Shown here: piece after piece, positions 55,064-64,000 of the stretch
How positions within the stretch are numbered: position 1 is the stretch's first letter
Layout: each line of letters starts with the position of its first letter
NCBI GenBank assembly: GCA_046563655.1
Contig: CM102287.1
Coordinates: 2,790,001 to 2,854,000, forward strand
Length of the DNA stretch: 64,000 nucleotides
From: Yuukianura sp. NJ FZ-2021
Taxonomy: Eukaryota
Direction: 5' to 3'
The notes under the pieces: generated by a model
What the model saw: only the letters and a program-made list of their open reading frames with translations
Told to the model about the DNA's origin: nothing
The model's database searches: none
Translations under genes and position numbers: made by a program

Positions 55064-55650
55064 ATGTTCATTTCCTGGAAAGTGTTGACCTTGACCTGGA
55101 TCGTTCTGATTAGTTTGTCCTTAAAAGTTGGTGCAGTTGACAACGGAAAAGTGCCGACACGTTTGCTAAAAGCGGGGGCAAAGGTCAAACCAGAATTTTT
55201 GGCAGTTGAGCATCAGCCAGAAGTCGGCACTGGAAGTGCAGAAGAAGAAGAAGCAGAAGAGAGTGATGAAGGAGCAGAAGACGTTGAGTATTCAGAAGAG
55301 TACGATGACCCTGAAGTGAGGAGTGGGGAAGAAGAGTGTCCCGATGGCTACTTTTGGCACATCCGTGGAGGTCAATGTGTCCCGGTCAACTGTCCAACGA
55401 GAAAAAGAAATCCAGTGACCGGAAAATGCCGACGACCAGTTACGCACTACTGGAATCCTTACTGGAATTACGGCTATCCGTACAGAGGAGGTTCCTCGTA
55501 AGCAAAAGTCAAAGCCCAACATTTGCTAAATTTTGCATTTTGAGAAAAAAAAAGTTTTGTGAGGTTTTTAAAATTTTGTTGTTGTTTTTTTTTTTGCATA
55601 GAAGTTGGCTTCGCAGGGCTCAGATGAACAGAGGATGGAGGAGGGGCTGA
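55064..55650 (+). CDS. Orphan secreted precursor, copy 2 (tandem paralogue)
   Basis: Same layout; CPDGYFWHIRGGQCVPVNCPTRKRNPVTGKCRR; exon 2 (55602-55650) adds SWLRRAQMNRGWRRG. Confidence 0.75.
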
Positions 55651-56233
55651 GCAAAAATGAAGCAAGAAGTGAAGAAATGAAGGTGGATGACCGACAACTC
55701 AACGTGTGCAGATCAGTGCAAAAATTTTTTTGCAAACTTTAATTAATTAGTTGGAAAAAGACAGTTTTTGTTGCAAAAATTAATTAGTCTCAGAAAAACT
55801 CTGTTTTTGTTGCAGAAAATAAACTTGTTCTTTTAAGGAAGAAAGTAGTTGAGACTTTATAGCAAATTGCAATTTGCAATTTGAACGTTGCAAATTTTTT
55901 CTCTAACTTTTTTGCCAATTGATTTTGAAAAATTGTCAGCTAAAATCATTTCTGGCTTCGTAAAATTTATTTGTTGTATCAAAAATACTAATAAAATCCA
56001 GTCTATACCCTCTCAGTTGCTAATTAACAGTAACTAATTAATCGTGCGTATAAATTAATTAATTCTACATATAAATCAATTAATGTACAATATAAATATG
56101 TAAAAACTCAGCTTAAATTAAGTCTACATCAGACAAGTATAAAAAAAATAGGGAAATCTAAGAAGGAAGCTTTTTGTCACGTACAACTAAAAGTAAACAA
56201 CTACAAATTAATTTCTGGAGGTCAAAGGTCAAC

Positions 56234-57168
56234 TCAGGTCAACTCTGGATCTGCAAAGGTCATCTCACGACGACGCTTTTTGGACATGCGTTTGATTGGT
56301 TGTTGCAAAAGGGCGGAGCCTCCACGATCAAGATTTGCTACGTCTTGATGCAGTTTCCGAAATTCGTTACGAGCTGATTTGGGCAGTCCTGGTGGAAGCC
56401 TACACAGGTCAAAGGTCAAAGTTCAATTTTCAAGGTCAAAGGTCAAAGGTCAAGTTTCCAAGGTCAAAGGTCAAGCTTACCAAGGAACAGATCCATCAAC
56501 TACTCCGATTACAGGGTTGAATGGTTTGTGTGTTTTGTCGATCCAGAGTGACTCCAAGTCCCAGTCCTCCCAGTTTCGCCATTTGTACTCCGCCAGCATC
56601 ATTTCCAGTTCAACAGCATTCAGGTCATTCAAGGTCAACTGCTGCCGGGGTCTCACTATACAAAAATTGAAAAACAGTTTTGAGAAAAATTTCAAGATTT
56701 TAGAAAAATTTCAACATTTTATGAAAGTTTTTGCTGAAACCAAAACCTTACTGAACTTTTTGGATGCTTCCACCCAATCAGCTACGACTTCGGCCGTGGT
56801 GGGCCGTGGGGCGAAGAGCGGGTTGTTTTTAAAAGCGCATCTTTTTTGGTGCCACGAAAGTTCGATGTGGGGCACAAGGTGGGTCGCCATGAATTTGCAA
56901 CTGAAGAGCTCCACTGGCTGGTCGGCGGTCGTGTGCGTGAAGATGTAGGCTCTGCGACATCGATCTACGTGCGCTTCAGATTTGTGTTTCCTTTAAAAAA
57001 ATAAAAATTTTGAAAAACTGAAATTTCGACAATGAATTTTTAAAAAATTTGAGCTTACAAGCAGTAGTGAGCTTTATTGTAGGGGCAAGCGTCCAGTTCT
57101 TCGCCAGCATCTAACTTGAATTGTGGTGGAACCAGTTTCGCAAACTGCGTAGAAATGTCCAAGGTCAT
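56234..57168 (-). CDS. Tandem CHHC (U11-48K) zinc-finger protein, GTSF1/Asterix-like
   Basis: CPYNKAH..H...C and CKFMATH..H...C fingers; downstream W/E/D-rich segment WRNWEDWDLESLW; four exons. Confidence 0.75.
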
Positions 57169-57613
57169 CTTGCTACTCGATCGCTGATTGGTCAGTTACA
57201 GAAGAGGTCACGGAGGTCACCGAGGTCAGCGCAAGCAAAAATGTGGCCACTTCTGTAAAGTTGGAAGGTCAAATGAGGAATGAAACCAAAAATGAATCGT
57301 TCCTGCGGATGAAAACTTTGCAGGAGCAAAATTTTTAAAGAAAAAGTGCAAGAAAAAAATTTTTTTCTTGCAAAAGTTTTAGAACTGAAATGCAAATTCA
57401 GTTTTTCTGCGTTCTGATTGGTTGAAAATCTGCAACAATCTGAGAAAACATGCAACACAAACAGAGACGAATGCAAATTCATTGCCAATTTTGGCTTGTA
57501 AATTTTTTCAAATCTGAGTTCATGACCTCCAGAAACTTGGCAAAAACAGAGTTTTATTTTGCATGGCGCAAATTCACGTGTAACTTTTCGCAATTTGTTG
57601 TTTTGCATAACTT

Positions 57614-58730
57614 TTATGAGATAGAAGCAAATACTGGATCGATTTCTGCCAAGCGAAACTTGGTGACGAGGTCAATGACCTTTTCAGGAAAAAGACCTTT
57701 GACCTCTTGCAGTTTTTGAGAGATTTGGTAAATCATGGTTCCAGAATACTCTTTGTCTCTCTTGGCCCGTTTCATGGCGTCCAAAAATTCAACTCTCTCT
57801 CGAATCTCGTCAATCACTGTCACAACATTAATTAACACGATTAATCTGTTACAATGCATTGAGGTTTTCAATTTTTGTAAAATTACGTTCGTTGAATCGC
57901 TCCAATTTCAAATCTTTGTCAGATTTGACCTTTTGACCTTCGTCATGCACGTCATTGACGGATTTTGGTTTGTTGACGCCCATCATGCGATTCAAGACGT
58001 CCGGAGATGGATCAGTTCCGTACGTCATTTTGTAGGAAAATCGAACTTTTTCTGCTTCCTTGTTCACTGAAGAGGTCAACAAGGTCAAAAGGTCAACAAA
58101 GTTCTACATACTCAATAGTGAGTGTTTACCTGGAATGTACTTCCTCGGCTTCTGCTCTTGACACTTGAGGTCATCAGTAGTTGCCTGGATGGTTTCCAGC
58201 GTCCGTTTTCCTCTGTCCAAGCCAAACTGCATCTGCGGAGGTCAAAGGTCAAAGGTCAACAAAATTTAAGTTGTTGGTTTATGCTTCTACCTGTCTCATT
58301 TTCCTGACATTGAGTCCCCCCATGGGCACTTGGAGCCCAAGGGCCCGTCCCTTGTCCACTCTTCTGCTCAAGTACTCTTGTCGCCTGGCCAATGCTGTCG
58401 CCGGATGTTCTGGAGCGACATCTCCACTCCGCAGAAGAGATTCGAATCCTCGGCGTTGCGTTGTTGTCAACCGCGTTTCATGCATTAGAACTAAGATTCA
58501 GTTTCAGAGGTCAAAATTTTCAAGTTTTTAAAATTTTCATATTTTTAAAATTTTGGGAATTGATGCCATTTCTTACGATTGACAAAGTTTCGAGTGTCTT
58601 CACTGTAAGTGACTTTGGGTGTCGAGAAAGCACAGGGCGACGCCTTGATGTGTCCATTTTCAAAGGAATTCGAAGACAACGGACTATAGTACTCCGGAAA
58701 CGTTTCTTTAGCACGGTCACGGTGGTCCAT
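57614..58730 (-). CDS. UPF0193/EVG1 (C22orf23)-like protein
   Basis: KVTYSEDTRN..LMHETRLTTTQRR..LRSGD and DEIRERVEFLDAM..QISQKLQE resemble the family as I recall it; exon boundaries approximate. Confidence 0.7.
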
Positions 58731-59226
58731 TTCCACGGTTTTCGTAAGTCACGGTCACACTTTCCAGAAAATTTAAAAAAAAAAACTCAAGATTTCCAGC
58801 TTTTCAAAATTTAGTCAATATGTATCGAACAAACTTGACATGAAAAACAACGATAATGTCCGCACCTGAAGCTGAATAGAAAGCCTAAAGTTGATTAAGC
58901 GACAATCTAAGTTCCGGAAGGTCAAAGGTCACCGCTTGATGCGAAGTCAAGGTCACTGCTTGGTGCGAGGTCAAGGTCAATGTATCTGCCGAAATTGTGC
59001 CAGTCGTTTGTTTCAACTGTTCAAAAATTTCAGATCGTTGCTGGGGCAAATTGAAACTTTTTCCATTGGCGTCAAGCTGTCTGCCAATTTTTCTTTAGAT
59101 TTGGAAAAACTGAAACTGACGTGTGAAAAGTCAATTATTCAATCAAAATCGATCGAAAAGCAATTAATTCACCTGTCAATTAATTTAAAGACAATCATTT
59201 TCACAGTTGGGACATGACTTGCAGAA

Positions 59227-60075
59227 AGTGAGACTTTTAGTTACCACTATAATTTTAAATCCCCTTTTGTCTTCGGTTAACTTTCCAATTGCAACTGGCT
59301 AAAAGTTCATTTGAATTTTTGAATTTCAGTGCGGAGTTCCATTTTAGCTGTCTCGTCACGAACAATAACTGAACTTCTATCGCTGTCTACGTGTCCTCGA
59401 TATCGATTCCAAACAGTTGTGACACCATTGTGGACATCGTCACCCTGCCAGAAACGTTTGCTAATCGACTGGACATTTCCAGACAATCAGCGATTGTATC
59501 ATTGGCCATCATCGGGACGCTGTCGACTGTTTTTCGTTAGGACCATGACCACAGCCAAGGACAATAAAGATGAAGACAAACAAAAACTAATCAGTACTGA
59601 TGAGAAGACGGTAGAAGCAAGTGCTGATGCTGATCCAGCATCTCCAGTAGCCGAACCAAAACAGCTGTCGACTGGAGAACGTTTGAAGTTGGCCGTCAGA
59701 GACTACGGTGGAACAGTACTCGTCTTTCACATCACGATGTCACTCATGTCCCTTGGATCTTGCTATGTACTAGTATCTAGGTAACCAAGTCCATTACAAA
59801 TGAAACATGAAAGTCATGGCATGATTAACCCAATTAGTAATCGACTGTTTCTTTATGTTTTTGACAGTGGTCTGGACCTGGTTGGACTACTGGCAAAAGT
59901 AGGAGTCAGTGAATCCGTGCTGGAAAGCAAGATAACCCAAGGCGGAAGTACATTCGTGCTGGCCTATGCTATTCACAAAGTATTTGCCCCCGTCCGACTC
60001 GCAATTACTCTGACAGCAGTGCCCTTCATCGTCAAGAAACTTAGAAGTATCGGAATACTGAAAACACCTTCATGA
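59227..60075 (+). CDS. FAM210B: FAM210B-like mitochondrial membrane protein (DUF1279)
   Basis: LKLAVRDYGGTVLVFHITMSL, STFVLAYAIHKVFAPVRLAITLTAVPFIV; start ATG appears split by intron 59228-59329. Confidence 0.85.
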
Positions 60076-61755
60076 TTCCAACATTGACCTCAACTAAGGT
60101 CATCTATGATACATAACCGGTTCAATTTGTTTCCAAAGGCTTATCTAAACTTACTACCGGTTGTGATGTTGCATATTACATGTCAATTGATTCTATCTTA
60201 GGATCCGGATGAACTTACCAGGGACAGGGACAATCATGGTTTAAACTTTCCAGATAAATGGCAAGGCTGAACAATACCCATTGTGTCCATGTCAGTTTGC
60301 TGTTTAGAAGTACCTGTTAGTTTAACTAAAAACTTAGTTATCGAGTTACCGATGGTGCAATTTATTTCCGTGTTGTTTGCAATGTTAAGTTTTAAGTTTT
60401 GAGTGATTTTTATGACCCATTCAATTCCTGGTCCAGACGATGACGATAGGCACATTTGCATTGTCAAATTTTTGCAGAGCTGTGGGTAATGCCTTAAAGT
60501 TTTAGAATTTGGTCATGTGCTAAGAATTTGAATGAATGGAAGCTGTTGAGGTCATGCCACCTTATGGTTTGACAGTCACAAATTTCCGAATTAGCGGGAT
60601 CAATTAGTTTTAATTTCTACAAATGTGCTAATTACTCTAAGGAATTTTAATTTTAAGCTAATTGCAAATATCGTTTGCTCACTGCAACCAAAAGTAAAAA
60701 AAAAAAAGTCGCTGTAAAACGCCGTTTAAAAATTTCATCCACTTTTTAATCGTAAAACGGGATAAAAATATTTTCCAGTTTGGATGTAGCGTCAGCTTCG
60801 TTAAATTTTCAATTTTTGAAAATCTGTTGCGCAATTTTCAAAGAAACATTCAAAAATTGAAAATTCTGTGTGCTAAAATTTTCCACATTTCAGGCGTATT
60901 TCATTGCTCTCATGAGAAAAAAAAATGTAAATATTTATGTTCTAAAAATTGCATAATGAAGTCACGTCTAAAGAATTTAGCATCGGATGTTCTTTTGTCT
61001 TTCCCACAGGATTAGTTTTCGCAGTTCCACATTGTTTATGTGACCCATATCAAAAATCAACCACAACATAACTTTCCATAGTCTTTTTAGTATTTCAATA
61101 GTCTTTTTAGTCTTTTAGTCTTGTGACTAATGCTCCGCAGTGCTATAAATTGGTAAGTTAAGTTAATTTATTACACTAAATGCGACAACGGAAAATTTCA
61201 ATTTGTAAATTTGTTTTGTTCATAGGTTCCCATGAGTTAAAAAAGTGATCTTATTCCAGGGTCATGAGAAGACGCACTACTCGGCACGTAAGCGTCAACT
61301 TCTGGTGCTGTCTTGCTATGAACTGAAAGTTTAGAAGCTGTAAACAACAAAATGAATTGAAAAGTACAGAACTATTCCATCACTACTCCACTGACTTACT
61401 CAACTTTTAACTGCGTCAGTTTCAACCAATTATAGAGTAAAACAATCAGACTTCTAAGTTTTTACGACCAGTTTTCATTCAATTCCAGACAGAGACACAA
61501 TAGGAAGCTGAAAATGAAAAAAGTTTCATTTCAAAAACAAGTTTTAGCTAGAAAATTCAAAACTTAAAGTCAGATTTTGTGGAAAATCCCATCAGTTGAA
61601 AACTGACCTTTGCGTTGACCAGAACTGTCACACAACAGACAAGCAAAGTCATAGCTTTTGAATCTTACAACAGAAGTTCAACAATTTCAAGCGTTTTGTG
61701 GAAAAATTTAACAATTTGGAATCAAATTTTGAAGTTTTTTGAAATTTGAAACACA

Positions 61756-62592
61756 ATGCGGAACCTTGTTCCCAAGTACTCGGACAGACTCAACTTCTTT
61801 TTCGTCATTTACGACAAGGAGGTTCCGATGAAGAAGGATTTTGGCACAATTTTGGAAAAATTGCGTAAGAAAACTAAAAATTTTACTTAAAAAAAAATCA
61901 ACTTTTTGTAAAAGTTTCACATTTCAGAATTTGATGAAAATTTTTCACTTTTTAGAATCCAAAATTGACACGACGGCAAAAGTAGATCGAATTTTGATGG
62001 AAACGCTGACACTAGCGGCAAGAACAGATCGAGATTCGAATCATCTCCAACTCGAAGAAATCGATGCGCAGAACAAAAATTTGGACACTCTGCGCACAAT
62101 TCTTAGCAATTTTTTCTCAGGTGAGTAAAATCGGTTGCAACTGTTGAAATTTAACAGTTGAAACAGCAGAATTTTTGCCAAAAATTTTGCTTCAAAGCCA
62201 AATTTTTCAAGAATTTTGACTTTTTTCCTGATTTTAATTGAGTTTTCTCTTTCTATTTTTCTTCAGCTGCTGAAGATGTGCTGTCACACTCTTGTTCTAA
62301 ACATGAAAAGACACATGACCTGTTGACCTTACTCGCCTCTACAGTCACTGTGGTGAACTTTCTGCTTTGGAATGTCGACAATACTTGGTTACCGAAGTAC
62401 GGATCCATTTCAGCAGAGTGTTTACACTATGACTCACCAATCGAATTTCTCGAACTTCTGCCAATTGCCACCAAAATCCTTGGAAAAGAACTCGAAAACA
62501 AGCGGATTCTCCGAAAATTGCAAAGTGAAATCGGACCCCTTCGAACTCACTTTTCAAAAACTCAGTTTCGTCCAAAATTTACTCATTTTTAG
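61756..62592 (+). CDS. Uncharacterised protein (~200 aa, three exons)
   Basis: Phase-compatible exons 61756-61864, 61956-62120 and 62267-62592 with GTAAG/GTGAG donors; no recognised domain; 3' end uncertain. Confidence 0.5.
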
Positions 62593-63603
62593 CATTACCG
62601 ACAAGAGGTCAAAGTTTCAATGACCCAGCTTATCTCATACAAGTATTGAAATGTCAAGGTCATTGACCCCTTTGGAAGGTCAAGGTCATTGACCCCTTAG
62701 CTCTCAAGGTCACTGACCTCATAGCTCACTTTAGTAGCTCTTTAGTAAACTATTTTTTGTAAGAACTTTTGTAAGAGTGAAAATTTTCACAATTTTTGTA
62801 TTGAAAAAAACCATTAGTAATTGCAGTAGAAGTTGACTTAATATTAATTTAGAAGAAAAATCGTTTTGCAGAAGTAATCGACTACTTTGTGATTACTTGT
62901 AATCCAAATGTAATCACACTTCCGATTAGTTACGCATTAAAAGTTACACTTTTCGGTAATCCTGAGAGGTTTAGCATTTCGTAAGCTTAACCTGCTATAC
63001 TGATAGACGTACTTAATTATTGCATAACTTAATTTAATTAATTAGATAACTTAATATTTAAGATTTAACTAATTAAACTGCAAAAATGGTTTAGTTAATT
63101 GTTTAAAGTAAGAAAATGTAAATAATTAGTTTATGCAAGTAATTGGATGAGATAAATTTCAGGCTTTGATTCAGTAAAAATTGAACAGTTTTCCTTTCCA
63201 AATGAAAATGCAGCGATTATTTCCAAATAAGTTTTCAAAATTTTCCAAAATTCTTAAAAGTTTTCGATTTCTAAATTAAAAAAAAATTGGTTTAATTTCC
63301 TTGAAGTTCGTCGAAATTGATCAAACACTTTCACCGGAAGGAAAGGAGGAGAAAGTGAGTTGAGTATATTTGAGAAACTGATTTTTGAAATTGTCTTCTT
63401 TTTTTCACTTTTCATTTTTTTTAGAAATTCTTTTGAAAGGTCTACGATCACCTTGGTTACAAATTTAATTTCTTGAGTTAATTTAATTTAATTGATTTTT
63501 CCGCCTTTTCAACATTCATTTCCACTCACATATCAAAATACAAGTTGCGCATAATAAAATATAATAATTAAATATTTGAATATTTAATAATCACGAAGTT
63601 GAA

Positions 63604-63987
63604 ATGAAGACGCCAGAAGAGGAAGAAACTTCCGGGGCGGAAGAGGAAGGTGGGACTATCAGTTCCACTTCGTCGTCTGACGAGGACGGCGGATCGACTC
63701 CACCCAGCGGCAAGGAGTCACGAGAACTCCTTGACCCCACTCGATTAGGTTATGACCTTGAGGAGTTCTGGACTTTTCCCGTTGACCCCAACAGAGTGTC
63801 CTTGACTGACCTCTGGAGTCACTACGAGTATGGAGAAGATGGACAATTGTTTGGAGAAGACGAAGAGGAAGAATTGATCTTTGATGCAAGGAAGGAACCA
63901 AAACCAAGCGAGGAAGAAGAGGAGGAAGAAGATGAAGATGAGGAATACAGCTCATCTGACGAAGATTTAACCGAAACTGGGCCAAAA
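63604..63987 (+). CDS. First exon of a gene with an acidic, low-complexity N-terminus; continues beyond the window
   Basis: ATG-started, GC-richer ORF ending at a GTGAGT donor at 63988. Confidence 0.6.
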
Positions 63988-64000
63988 GTGAGTTAAAAAG

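Overview
Gene-dense, AT-rich, intron-rich eukaryotic DNA from an arthropod. R&R cuticle proteins, short GT-AG introns and an unfused Su(var)3-9 suggest a non-dicondylian hexapod such as a springtail (inference). Genes assembled by hand from spliced exons: a two-domain cuticle protein, a Kunitz inhibitor, a Bro1-only ALIX paralogue, a trypsin-like protease, RACK1 (hosting a SNORD99-like C/D snoRNA), PCNA, TCP1/CCT1, TFAM, NOSTRIN with two candidate first exons, KCTD5/insomniac, Su(var)3-9, four tandem clan-2-like P450s, a tandem pair of orphan secreted acidic-pro/cationic-Cys precursors, a GTSF1-like CHHC zinc-finger gene, UPF0193/EVG1, FAM210B and two orphans. Mobile DNA includes a non-autonomous Helitron carrying a nested foldback element (GAG..CTC ends, 4-bp TSD), a hAT MITE with an 8-bp TSD, a second foldback and a three-copy dispersed repeat. 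Best leads: the orphan secreted peptide pair, the RACK1 intronic RNAs and candidate poison exon, the nested transposons, and a 1-nt intron shift among the P450 paralogues. Exon boundaries were read by eye and no database searches were run.
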